DNA of 64,000 nucleotides from an uncultured Rivularia sp. (GCA_963665115.1 OY762007.1:1952001-2016000), one strand, 5' to 3'. Positions 44,448 to 55,621 are shown, numbered from the stretch's first letter. Notes: generated by a model from the sequence alone, not told the origin. Numbers and translations are program-made.

Positions 44448-44796
44448 TTAGCGACGGTAAGTACGGTAACGGCATACAGTTTTGTAACGACTACGGTAGC
44501 AGGTACGACGACGATAAACGCGAACCGGACGACGGTAAACCCGACGACGGTGGACCCCGACGAACGCGACGACGACTATGAGGGCGACGACGATAGCGAA
44601 CGCGACGACGAACGCGACGACGACGAACGCGGCGATAACGATCTGCTATTAACTCTTCTTTGAGTATTTCCGCTTGGATTTCTGCTACAGATTCTTGAGC
44701 AGTTTTTAACAATGCTGCACTAGCAGGAGGTGCCACTGGTAATATAGCTGAAGCTGCAACCAATGCTAAAGCTGCAAGTTTAATCTGTTTAAACAT
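44448..44796 (-). CDS. Secreted Arg-rich small protein (~115 aa after removing one base at CCCC ~44555)
   Basis: Signal peptide (ASA), acidic linker, then DRYRRVRRRR...RVYRRRTCYRSRYKTVCRYRTYRR-stop in the shifted frame. Confidence 0.7.
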
Positions 44797-45003
44797 CAGA
44801 TATTAAACCTTTATTTATCGATATAGTTATCTAGAATGATACACAAGTATTTTTACGGGTTTTCGGTAAGTTTTTGATTTGTGAGCTTTATTTGCAAAAC
44901 TTATTTAAAAGGATGCGCCAGAAAAGTCTAATTTCAAACTCTACCTGCCATTGCCGTACTGTCGGCAGTAGCACTCTTTATTGGCTACGAGAGTGATTAT
45001 TAT

Positions 45004-45301
45004 AGAAACGAGTCGAGGCTCAAAACTCCCATCTTTGAAGTGGGAGATGTAGAGCGAGGCAGGGCATTCATGCCCCAACATGGTACTATTTAATTGTCAG
45101 TATAAGACGTTAAAACCTACCGGGGGACTCTCGGAAAGTATACGCCCAAATCTCGAACCGACGAGTTGTAAGGAAACATCACTCCGCCCATTGTTGGCAA
45201 ACGGTGTGAGCCTGGGAACCCGACAGCCATGTGAGGATATTTCAAGCGAAAGCTGTCTAGGCTTGAAAGAATCTCCCATCTTCCAGGTGGGAGAGTGTCA
45301 A
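45004..45301 (+). mobile_element. Non-autonomous IS200/IS605 derivative: both ends plus the omegaRNA region, no ORF
   Basis: TTAT|left end with AAAA+CTCCCA-N9-TGGGAG hairpin; tnpB-3'-like ACCGGGGGACTCTCGGAAAGTATACGCC; right end GAAT+CTCCCA-N9-TGGGAG...TCAA. Confidence 0.8.
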
Positions 45302-45495
45302 CGACTTAGGATAATTTATTTTCTGGAAGTCCCTAAATTTGACGGGTTTTATATTTCGTAGTGCGTTAGCGTTCAGGTGGAGCGTGCGGCGAGCGCATAT
45401 CCGTTCACCGTAAGGTATTCCCGTAGGGTAGGACATACATCTTGCTCGCTCGTAGATAAATCATCCCATCAAAACGGCTGGAAATGGAGTACTAG

Positions 45496-45598
45496 TAGTC
45501 CTTTTCCAGCCGTTTTGATGGGTTGTAGAGACGTAGCAGTGCTACGTCTCCCGACGTTAGGTCGAAAACGAACCCTTCATAATTTATGCAATCGACCA
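45496..45598. mobile_element. IS630-type MITE (103 bp), flanked by CTAG
   Basis: TIR TAGTCCTTTTCCAGCCGTTTTGATGGGT; internal GTAGAGACGT...ACGTCTC palindrome. Confidence 0.8.
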
Positions 45599-45602
45599 CT
45601 AG

Positions 45603-45726
45603 TAGTCCTTTTCATTTGTTCTGACGGGTAAAGATGGGGAGGGGGAAGAGGGGGAAGAGAGGGTAGAGGGGGTAGAATAATCTTTTATTTTTTCTATACA
45701 CCCATCAGAATTTATGCAAAGGACTA
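45603..45726. mobile_element. IS630-type MITE (124 bp), flanked by CTAG, with STRR cargo
   Basis: TAGTCCTTTTCATTTGTTCTGACGGGT...ACCCATCAGAATTTATGCAAAGGACTA. Confidence 0.8.
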
Positions 45727-45730
45727 CTAG

Positions 45731-46983
45731 TAGTCCTTTTCATTTGTTCCGATGGGTTTTTATTCTATACTACTTATAGCAGCGATGTGAACTTTTAACT
45801 TCACGAGCAGATTGCGATCGCCAGTCAGATGGGTGTACTTACTATGAAGCATAAAATTGATCTTACAGCAGAACAAAAGCAACAACTACTTGATATTGTA
45901 AAAAAAGGTTCAAGTAATGCTAGAGAAATTCGTAGAGCGCATACGCTATTAATGGCTTATGAGGGTAGGACAGATAAAAGAATATCTAAAACTCTACATA
46001 TATCAATCCCAACTATTGAAAGAACTCGTAAACAATTCTGCACCGAAGGTTTAGAAATCACGCTTAAAGAACGTCCACGTAGTGGCAAACCACCTAAGTT
46101 AACTTCTACAGCAGAGGCATATTTAATTGCGACCACTTGCAGTAATCCACCAAGCGGTTATGCCCGTTGGACTTTAAAAATGTTAGCAGACAAACTTGTA
46201 AACTTAGAAGTAGTTGATAGAGTGAGTGAAACTACAGTTTTTCGTACTTTAAAAAAAACGAATTAAAACCTTGGCTAAAACAACAATGGTGTATCCCTAA
46301 AGTTAGTTCAGAATTTGTCTCAAAAATGGAAGATGTACTTGATCTATACGCTCAACCATTAGACCCCAATCCGTCCATTAGTATGTTTCGATGAAAAACT
46401 ATGCCCATTAATAGAGGATGTTTATGACTCTATCCCACCTGCGCCTAAAATCGATAAGAAACCAGGTAAAAAAGAAAAAATTGATTATGAATACGAGCGT
46501 AATGGAACTTGTAATTTGTTCGCATTTTTTGCTCCATATTTAGGATGGAGACACATCAAAGTTACTAGTAGAAGAACCAAAATCGACTTTGCGTACTGCA
46601 TGAAAGAACTAGTTGATATTCATTTCACTGATGCCGAAGTGATTCGATTAGTCATGGATAATTTGAACACTCATACAATCGCTTCTTTATATGAAGTATT
46701 TACCCCCGAAGAAGCCAGAAGAATCACAAAAAAATTAGAGATTCACCATACACCCAAACATGGCAGTTGGTTAAATATGGTTGAATCTGAGCTATCTGTA
46801 CTTGCGCGGCAATGCTTAAATCGACGAATTCCGAATGTCGAAACTTTAGAAAAAGAAGTTTCCATTTGGGAGGGCGATCGCAATGCAAACTCGGTTTGTG
46901 TAGATTGGCGTTTTCGTACAGAAGACGCTAGAAATAAGCTTTATAAAATTTATCCAACCCATCAAAACTAATGAAATGAACTA
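45731..46983 (+). mobile_element. IS630-family insertion sequence (1253 bp)
   Basis: Imperfect ~28-bp TIRs, CTAG on both sides, transposase inside. Confidence 0.92.
45844..46971 (+). CDS. IS630 transposase (orfA/orfB joined by a likely -1 frameshift at TTTAAAAAAAAC ~46248-46259; extra apparent indel at ~46365)
   Basis: HTH orfA (RPRSGKP, RWTL); orfB with CFDE, MDNLNTH, TPKHGSWLNMVE (DDE). Confidence 0.9.
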
Positions 46984-46987
46984 CTAG

Positions 46988-47091
46988 TAGTCCTTTTCCA
47001 GCCGTTTTGATGGGTTCGTTTTTCCCATAACCTTCGGGAGACGTTATGTATAACGTCTCTACAACCTGTCAAAACGGCTGGAAAAGGATTT
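46988..47091. mobile_element. IS630-type MITE (104 bp), inverted relative of 45496-45598
   Basis: Same TIR; the reverse complement of its interior matches that MITE. Confidence 0.8.
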
Positions 47092-47266
47092 TGGCTATTA
47101 GATTGGGGTTTTCAACCCCAGGCGGGTGTGCGATAAAACCTATTATATTTAGTAGGACAGACTATTAGATACAGAGAACGTAGAGTAAAATTTCACATTG
47201 TTATTAGCAGCGATCGCCATTTCCATTCAAAGCGACTTACTTAACTCACTGATAACTGATAACTGC

Positions 47267-49601
47267 TCAACAAGCTGTTTCCAAAATAGGTGAAGAAGAA
47301 GAATAATTAATTAAGCTAGGTTTGCCGAAGTGATAACCTTGTGCGTAGTCAATATTCAATTCTTTTAAAATATCAACGATATCTTGATTTTCAGCAAATT
47401 CTGCTATTGTCTTAACTCCAAGAGCTTTTGCTAAATAATGTATGGCCTGTACCATTGCTTTCGTAACAGTTTCGGTATGAATTTCTTTGATAAAAGAACC
47501 GTCTATTTTTAAATAGTCTACGGGAAGATTTTTTAAATAAGTTAGCGATGACATTCCTTTACCGAAATCATCTAAAGCGAAAGAACATCCCAAAGCTTTG
47601 AGAGTCTTTATAAATTTTGATGCTTGAGATAAATTATTAATCGCGATAGTTTCTGTAATTTCAAAACAGAACAGTTGTGGAGGGAGCTTAGAGTGTTGAA
47701 ACTTTTGATACAAATATCTAAAAAACTCATTGTCATTAAGAGATGCACCGGAAATGTTTACAGAAAAGCATACATTATCCCAACTTGTAAAGTTAGCATT
47801 AGTTAAATAATAAAATAAGTTATCAATTACCCATAAATCAATTCTAGGCATCATAGAATACAGATTAGCTATCTCTAAAAATTGTTCCGGCATAAGGATT
47901 TTACCGTTCTCATCTAATAGTCGAAGCAGAACTTCATAATGTATTTTGTTATTATCCTTGCCTAAAGGAACGATTGGCTGAGCGTACAAACGGAATTGAT
48001 TTTTTTCTAAAGCCTGACGTAATTTCTTTACCCATAATAGCTGAGAATCCTTTCTCGATTTTTCTCTAGCTATATCGTGCATATATACCTGTTCTCTGTT
48101 ACGTCCTTGTGCTTTTGCTAAGTATAAGGCATGGTCGGCTGCTTCTAATAATAAAATAGGATTGTCTTCGTTATTTGGAATAGAACCAGCAATTCCCATA
48201 CTGACGGTAACAGATGAAGATACAGAGGAACTACTATGAGGAATATTTAGTTCTTTTATTTTATTTCTAATTGCTTCTGCTACTTTCAAAGCACCTCTTG
48301 CTGGAGTATAAGGTAAAATAATCGCAAATTCTTCACCTCCATATCTAGCAACGCAGTCAGCCGGACGCTTTGCCATATCAGAAATAGCATCGGCGATTGT
48401 TCGCAAACATTTGTCTCCTGCTTGATGTCCGTATGTATCGTTGTAAGATTTGAAGCAGTCAACATCACACATAATTATAGATAACGGTGAAGGAATGCGC
48501 CGTAAACGATTCCATTCTTGAGTCAGTTTTTCATCGAAGAAACGACGATTAAAGACTTTAGTTAAAGGGGTCGCATAAAGCAAGTTGTTTTAGTTCTGTG
48601 TTGGCCGTACTCAGCTGATGATATAACCTTCCTTGTTGAATTCCAATTGCTAATTGATTTACTAACCTTTTTATAAATTGGATTTCTTCAGATTTCCATT
48701 TTCTGGTTGTATTGCATTGATGTACCGTAAGAAATCCCCACAAAAAGCTTGTTCTATCTGTTTGAGCCTCGTAATTTTTATTACTTTTGAAAAGAATTGG
48801 TATTATTAAGGCTGCTTTCACTTCAAAGTGCTGCAAATTATTTAGAAAAATAGTTTCCAAATTTGACTCTTCAATATCATCTATTGCTTTAATTTCACCT
48901 TTAATAAATTGGGCTTCATCTTTATCTTCAAGAAAACACTTATGAACAATGCTCTCTTGAGGTATTTCTGATATTCCAGGCTTTGTAACTTGCTCTTCAA
49001 TAGAACTAACTAAATTGTCTAAGCGACTGATAATAACACGGTCGCACTCCAAAAACTGTAAAATTTCTTTAGCAGCAGTTTTTATAATGAAATCAACGTC
49101 TAAAGAATCACGAATCCGTTCGGAAAGTTGAACTAATAGTTTTTCTTGCCGTGCTTGTTTTTGTAAAGTAGTGTTTTGTATGACTAAATTATGACGGCAT
49201 TTTTCTAGACTAATGTGAGTCTGAATGCGAGCAATTAATTCTTGTTTTTGAATCGGCTTAGTTACATAGTCTACAGCACCTAATTCAAATCCACGTATTT
49301 TATTGATACTATCCGACAAACCAGTCATAAATATTACAGGAATGTCTTTAGTTTTGTGATTATTTTTCAAACGACGACAAGTTTCAAACCCGTCTATCCC
49401 AGACATCAAAATATCTAGCAAAATCAAATCTGGCTTACTATATTCTGCACTTTTAAGAGCATTATTACCTGTTTGAGCCACTAGTACTTTAAATCCAGCC
49501 GAGCGTAAATGGCTAAATAAAACGTTTAAATTATTGGGAGTATCGTCAACAACTAATACTATTCCCTTATATTTATCAACAATCTCTTTTTTAGCAAACA
49601 T
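47267..49601 (-). CDS. REC-GAF-GGDEF-EAL diguanylate cyclase/phosphodiesterase (apparent +1 frameshift at GGGG ~48567)
   Basis: Receiver DLILLD; GAF WGFLTVHQC; ALCDP-LTKVFNRR junction; GGEEF; EVLLR; DDFG. Confidence 0.9.
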
Positions 49602-50127
49602 AATACTTTTGGTAGATATACATTATCTAGTTGGCAAAATATTATAAAGATAATATTAAACATTTTTAAAAATAGTATAAAATTAAAATATGTAGTAAAA
49701 ATATACAGCTAATAAAATATTTATTCAATTTAATTAAGCCAACCTTTTAGCTATATTGATTTGAATTATTTATTAAATGAAAGATATTTAAAATAAGCAA
49801 GCGAAAATTAGCTATAGAGCTTCTTCTTTTATTACACTTGCATTGATGTTACTCACGCGCATTATATATGCAGTAGAAAAAAGACTGTAATGAGGTTATC
49901 GTTTCAATAAAAATAATTTTTATGGATAAAAGATAAATCAATTACAATCTATTTATATGCGTTGTACTTGAGCAAGAAGTGTTATACACAATCTTATTCA
50001 AAATACCTAATATATACGTAACTACAATCTCGGCATACTTTTAATCTAAGCTATATTACATTTAAATATTCACAGTAATTTTACAGTTATTCAATAGTGA
50101 AAATACTGAATTACACCCAAAAAGCAT

Positions 50128-53100
50128 CTATTCAAGAAAATTTTCCAGAAATTTTAACAATTTATGTTGTTGAAAACTTTGAGCAAGTTCGCAAACTTTT
50201 TTAATGAATAGAAGGTACTTGGTATCTAATTCTTCAAGATGCTCTGCTTGCTCAATAATCGCTTCTATATCCCCCATTTGAGTTAGATGTATAAATTGTG
50301 TTAATTGCTCGTCCGATGGAGCTACTATAGATTCCGACGTATTAGTATCTTGGTAAGTAGCGATTTCTTTAGATTTGTTATCTTCAGATAATGCTAATTT
50401 AGAAGGCTGCGGATAAATCCATTCTATTTCTACAAATTGGGCTATGGATTTTATTAGTAGCTTTAAGTCTATAGGTTTTGATAAGAAAGCATTACATCCG
50501 ATGCGATAGCTGGAAAGTTGTGCATCAAACATTGCATTAGCAGAAACGGCGATAATTGGCAAATCTTTAAATTGAGGATTATCCCTTAAGGCTTTGGTTG
50601 CTTCAAAACCATCCATAACTGGCATGACTAAATCCATTAATACCAGATCGGGCTTAAAACTTTCAACTTTTTCCAATCCTTGCCTACCATTGATAGCTTC
50701 ATCAATTTCAAAACCCAATTGTTCTAAATAACTAACAACTACAGCGCGGTTAACTTTATTATCATCTATAACTAATACTTTCGGATGTTTACCTTTGATA
50801 CCTATAGGCTGTATTTCTAAATTAGTATCTGTATGGATTTGAGCATTTTCTATTTCTAAAACACAAATGTCAAAATAAAAGGCACTTCCTTTTCCTGGGG
50901 TACTGTCTACAATAATTTCTCCCCCCATGAGATTGACGATTTTTTGGCTAATAGTCAAACCCAATCCACTTCCTTCATTAATAGAATCATCTTGTATTAA
51001 TTGATGAAACGGTAAAAATATTGCCTGCGTTTTTTCTGGAGATATACCAATTCCTGTATCTTCTATTTTAAAACGAATCAAACAGCCTTTATTCTTTTCA
51101 GTAGCTTCTTCGCAATCTCCTAGCTTACTGACATAAAAATTAACGCTACCTTTGTCAGTAAACTTAACAGCATTACCTAATAAATTGAGCAAAACTTGTC
51201 TCAAACGGGTTTCATCACCTCTAATTACGGCAGGCAAAGGTGATAAAGCTTCATATTTGAAACTAATATTTTTTTGTTGAGCGCGGACATTAATTATAGA
51301 ATTTATCTTTTCTATAAACAGTGGAAACGGTATATCTTTGAGTTCTAGTTCTAACTGATTAGCTTCAATCTTTGACAAATTCAATATATCGTTGAGCAAT
51401 GTGAGTAAATGCTCGCCGGATTGATGAATAGTATCTATTTTTTTACGCTGCTCTTTGGTAAGAGTATCATCTCCTTGAAGAATTTGAGCAAAGCCTAAAA
51501 TCCCATTTAAAGGTGTTCTTAATTCGTGGCTCATATGAGCAATAAAAGAACTTTTTGCTTGATTGGTGCTTTCTGCTGCTTCTTTAGCGCGAGATAATTG
51601 TATGGTACTTTTTTCTAATTGATAATTGGTTCGATAAAGCTGTTCTTTAGCATTTTTAATTTCGGTAATATCAATGCACGAGCCAATATAGCCAATGACT
51701 TCACCTTGAGAATTAAAGCGAGGAACTTGTCTTCCCAGCATCCAAGAATATTGAGCATCAACTCCCCGGATGCGGAATTGGATTTCAGTTGGTTGAGTTT
51801 TATCGCTCACATTGCATAGAGTTTCGTAACATAAATCTCGATCTTCGGGGTGAATACTTTCGAGCCAACCATCACCAAGTTGCTGCTCTAAACTATTTCC
51901 AGTACACTCCAACCATGCTTTGTTGAAAAATACCGCTTTACCATACGCTTCACTCATCCAAATAAGTACGGGAGCGCTGTCAGCCATAGTTTTAAACCGA
52001 GCTTCACTTTCACGTAACGCAGCTTCGGCTTTTTTGCGCTCGGTAATGTCAATAATCACCTCTAAAGTACGTATTACAATCTCGTTTTCATCTTTATCAG
52101 CGATCGCACTCAGCAAAGTGTCAATTACTTCGCCATTTTTGCATACAAATTGATAAGGAATATCCCAACAGCTACCATTACGGAAAAATTCGGGTAAAAT
52201 ATCTTGCGCGTAACTATGAGATTCTGAAGTGAGAAATTGAATGAATTTTTTACCAATAACTTCTTGACGAGAGTAACCAAGTTTTTGCAGCCAATAGTTA
52301 CTTACATCGAGAATGTTACCATCCTTATCCATAGAATGAAGCATCACCGGCGTTCTTAAATACAAACTGCGAAATCTTTCTTCACTCGATCGTAAATCGG
52401 CTTCAGCCTGTTTGCGATAACTAATATCTCTTATTAATTTCAAAAAGCCAAAAACGTTACCCTGACTATCTTTAACAGTGGTTTTTAAAGTTTCGCTGAC
52501 AAAAATTTCTCCATTACGACGACGGAAGTTAATTTCATAAGGCTTGATTTCACAGGATTCAATATGGATATCGCAATGTGCATCGCTTAATTCCAAGTTG
52601 TATTTGTGAAAATCTTCTAAATCTGCATATAATCTTTCTGCACTTTTTCCAATTAAAGCTTGAGGTTGATAACCAAATAAATTAGAAAATCCGGGATTAA
52701 GCATTCTTATCCCACGAGTCGTATCGGTAAAGATAACAGCATCGGGTAAAGAATAAAAAATTGCTTCAAATTCTGCTTGTTTTTGATTTAATTTTGTATT
52801 TGAATCTTGTAGTGCATCAAAAGTTTCTTGCAATTGATTTTGAGCCGTTTTAATTTCATTAATATCAATAAAGCTAAGTACTACACCATCGATACTGCCG
52901 TTATCCTTAATATAAGGATTAATCCGCATCAATAAATATTTATCAGAACGAGCAACTTTGACTTCTAAATCTAATGACTTTTCACTTTGAGCAGCTGACT
53001 GAATAATTTCAATAAAATTGTCGCAATCGAGATTATGACTGAGATGTTTTAAAGGGCGGTTGATATCTGTTTCTATCAGATTTATTGCAACAATTGTGGC

Positions 53101-55425
53101 CGGAGTAAACTTACGAATTCTTAACTTCTTATCTAAAAACACAACTCCGATATTCGTACTTTGAAGTAAATTATTAATATCTTCGTTTAGTTCAATTAAT
53201 TCATGAATTTTTAACTGATATTGAGAATTTACTGTATAAAGTTCTTCGTTTACTGAATGTAATTCTTCATTTGTACTTTGCAATTCTTCATTAGAAGCAG
53301 TTAATTCTTCATTAGCAGCTTGATGTTCCTCATCAATAGACTCTAATTCTTGAATCAGGGTTTGAAAACTTTCTTCAGCCTGCTGTAATTGATATTCGAG
53401 TTGCGAAATTCTCTCCGAGGCTTGAGAGTCGGGTTGAAAATTTTCTCCTTTAATAAGCGGTATTGATATATTTTGTTCTTCAAAACTTATTACGAATAAA
53501 TTACCCGCTACTTTGTTATCCTCAGATAAATGCACTTTTAATTGCATTGTGCGGACATTATTTTCTTCAATTAATTTTATCCCTTTATAAGTAACGCTCT
53601 GTTTTTCCTTGCGTACTCTATATAAAGCCGTATTTAAAGGTAACTGTAAAGATGGTAATACAAGTTGCGTTACATCATTGGTCAATTTTCCTACGGGTAT
53701 TTTTAGGACATTCGCTAAATCTTCAAAAAATTCTACTACTTGATTCTCATTATTCACGATTAAGCAGGTAGTTTTACTAGCATTTAAAAAGGTTTTTAAT
53801 GCATTTTCTAGCATCAATTCCCTTTTACCTTGCTTATTTTTATTCCTAGATATATTTCCAATTGAAAACTTACTAATTTTATGTTGATTATCTATCGAAA
53901 TTGCTGGTATATGTAAACTGACATCTCGTCGTTTGTAGTAAAGCTTATATTTCTTATTGATCGGAATAAATTCATCTTGTAAATTACCCAGATGTTCGGA
54001 ATCTCCCAAAAATAAAATCCCTTGACTTTTGAGAGAAAAATGCAAATTTTGCAGCACTCTACGCTGTAAATCTGGCTGCATATAAATTAATATATTACGA
54101 CAGCTAATCAAATTTATTCGAGTAAAACCCACATCTGTTGTTAAATCGTGACTCGCAAAAATTAGCATATCTCGTAATTTTCGCGTTACCTGGAATGAAT
54201 TTTTCTGCTTGATAAAATATTTTTCTAATCTTTCAGGATCGACATTCTTAGCAATAGTTGCAGGATAAATACCAATAGCAGCTGTTTCTAAAGCATTTTG
54301 ATTAATGTCTGTAGTAAAAATTTTGACTCGTAATTTTTTTGGCGAATTTTCTAAAGCTTCATCAACTAAAATAGCTAAAGAATAAGCTTCTTCTCCCGTA
54401 GCGCATCCACTTACCCAAAATCTCAATTCTTCATCTGGCTGAATCTTCTCAATTAAATCGGGAATGACTTCTTCTGATAAATATTCCCAAGAAGCTATAT
54501 CTCTAAAAAAGTTCGTAACAACAATTGATAAGTCTTGAGATAAAGCCTGCTTCTCTTCATCGGACTCCTGCAAAATTTTGATATATTCCTGCACGTTATC
54601 GCAGGAAGTCGCAGAACAACGACGATGGATTCGTCTTGATAAAGTACTGGATTTGTAGAACGAGTAATTGACTTTTTGATATTGAGATAAAATATCAGTA
54701 ATTTGTTTGAGCTTAACATCATCTAAAGGCAAACAAGAATTGATATACTCTTGTCGCATAGATGCAGGTGAAGTTAGATAACTATAAATTAGCTGCGCTA
54801 ATTCACTAGGAGAATCAATTTGAGTGATTATCGGCTTGAGATTTTTTTGAGGCAACTTCTGTAAATTCAATGTTGCGATCGCGCTTGATGGCATACCATC
54901 AAATTCAGCAGTTGATGGATCTTGAACTAAAGCAAAACCGCCAGCTTGAGTAATCGCCTGTAAACCCAGAGATCCATCACTTCCCGTACCAGATAAAATT
55001 ACTCCAGTTGCATTTTCTTGATAATTTTTTGCTAAAGAATTAAAAAGTAAGTCAATCGGAAAATTTGGTCCTGAATGTTTTTTATCTTCCCGTTCAAGTA
55101 AACGTAATTTATTATCTTCTACAATCAGATTTTTATCTGGTGGAATTAAATAAATAGAATTAGCAGTCAACTCAATACCATCTGTGACTCGGTGAATTTC
55201 CATCTGAGTATGTCGCTGCAATAATTGCTTCATCAAGCTCTTGAAATCAGGAGAAAGATGCTGCACAACCACAAAAACCCCACCGCTATCAGCAGGCATA
55301 TTTTTGAAAAACTCTTCAATTGCATGCAAACCACCAGCAGATGCACCAATACCTATAACGAATAATTTGCGATTATTCTCATAAAATGAGCATCCCGTAT
55401 CTATTTGTCCGCCAGACATAAACAC
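50128..55425 (-). CDS. CheB-CheR fusion hybrid histidine kinase with multiple PAS domains and a C-terminal receiver
   Basis: GASAGG/VQH/GTGSDG (CheB), TNFFRD/GCATGEEAYS/CRNILIY (CheR), NEEL coiled coil, [13 protein letters not shown]. Confidence 0.92.
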   Translation of the reverse strand: MFMSGGQIDTGCSFYENNRKLFVIGIGASAGGLHAIEEFFKNMPADSGGVFVVVQHLSPDFKSLMKQLLQRHTQMEIHRVTDGIELTANSIYLIPPDKNLIVEDNKLRLLEREDKKHSGPNFPIDLLFNSLAKNYQENATGVILSGTGSDGSLGLQAITQAGGFALVQDPSTAEFDGMPSSAIATLNLQKLPQKNLKPIITQIDSPSELAQLIYSYLTSPASMRQEYINSCLPLDDVKLKQITDILSQYQKVNYSFYKSSTLSRRIHRRCSATSCDNVQEYIKILQESDEEKQALSQDLSIVVTNFFRDIASWEYLSEEVIPDLIEKIQPDEELRFWVSGCATGEEAYSLAILVDEALENSPKKLRVKIFTTDINQNALETAAIGIYPATIAKNVDPERLEKYFIKQKNSFQVTRKLRDMLIFASHDLTTDVGFTRINLISCRNILIYMQPDLQRRVLQNLHFSLKSQGILFLGDSEHLGNLQDEFIPINKKYKLYYKRRDVSLHIPAISIDNQHKISKFSIGNISRNKNKQGKRELMLENALKTFLNASKTTCLIVNNENQVVEFFEDLANVLKIPVGKLTNDVTQLVLPSLQLPLNTALYRVRKEKQSVTYKGIKLIEENNVRTMQLKVHLSEDNKVAGNLFVISFEEQNISIPLIKGENFQPDSQASERISQLEYQLQQAEESFQTLIQELESIDEEHQAANEELTASNEELQSTNEELHSVNEELYTVNSQYQLKIHELIELNEDINNLLQSTNIGVVFLDKKLRIRKFTPATIVAINLIETDINRPLKHLSHNLDCDNFIEIIQSAAQSEKSLDLEVKVARSDKYLLMRINPYIKDNGSIDGVVLSFIDINEIKTAQNQLQETFDALQDSNTKLNQKQAEFEAIFYSLPDAVIFTDTTRGIRMLNPGFSNLFGYQPQALIGKSAERLYADLEDFHKYNLELSDAHCDIHIESCEIKPYEINFRRRNGEIFVSETLKTTVKDSQGNVFGFLKLIRDISYRKQAEADLRSSEERFRSLYLRTPVMLHSMDKDGNILDVSNYWLQKLGYSRQEVIGKKFIQFLTSESHSYAQDILPEFFRNGSCWDIPYQFVCKNGEVIDTLLSAIADKDENEIVIRTLEVIIDITERKKAEAALRESEARFKTMADSAPVLIWMSEAYGKAVFFNKAWLECTGNSLEQQLGDGWLESIHPEDRDLCYETLCNVSDKTQPTEIQFRIRGVDAQYSWMLGRQVPRFNSQGEVIGYIGSCIDITEIKNAKEQLYRTNYQLEKSTIQLSRAKEAAESTNQAKSSFIAHMSHELRTPLNGILGFAQILQGDDTLTKEQRKKIDTIHQSGEHLLTLLNDILNLSKIEANQLELELKDIPFPLFIEKINSIINVRAQQKNISFKYEALSPLPAVIRGDETRLRQVLLNLLGNAVKFTDKGSVNFYVSKLGDCEEATEKNKGCLIRFKIEDTGIGISPEKTQAIFLPFHQLIQDDSINEGSGLGLTISQKIVNLMGGEIIVDSTPGKGSAFYFDICVLEIENAQIHTDTNLEIQPIGIKGKHPKVLVIDDNKVNRAVVVSYLEQLGFEIDEAINGRQGLEKVESFKPDLVLMDLVMPVMDGFEATKALRDNPQFKDLPIIAVSANAMFDAQLSSYRIGCNAFLSKPIDLKLLIKSIAQFVEIEWIYPQPSKLALSEDNKSKEIATYQDTNTSESIVAPSDEQLTQFIHLTQMGDIEAIIEQAEHLEELDTKYLLFIKKVCELAQSFQQHKLLKFLENFLE

Positions 55426-55512
55426 CCCCGATTATTCGTCATTCCTATAAGATAAAAAGAACGTTATAGGTTGTAAGTAATTATACATATATTTTTCAAT
55501 GGATTGAGAATA

Positions 55513-55621
55513 GTTAGGAGTAGTGAGTAGGGAGTAGGGAGTAGGGAGTAGTGAGTAGTGAGTAGTGAGTAGTAAGTAGTGAGTAGTAAGTAGTAAGTAG
55601 TGAGTAGTGAGTAGTGAGTAG
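55513..55621. repeat. STRR heptamer tract (GTGAGTA/GGGAGTA/GTAAGTA)n
   Basis: About 15 tandem heptamers. Confidence 0.9.

Noticed and set aside
45080..45631. ORFs 45080-45361, 45097-45279 and 45377-45631 as genes
   Set aside because: They read through IS ends and nested repeats; only a few codons resemble a TnpB C-terminus.
45464..47091. CRISPR array
   Set aside because: The repeats are back-to-back transposon terminal repeats, spacing is irregular (103-1253 bp), and there are no cas genes.
55473..55486. NtcA box upstream of the CheB-CheR kinase
   Set aside because: No -10 element at the canonical distance on either strand, and such boxes arise often by chance in AT-rich DNA.
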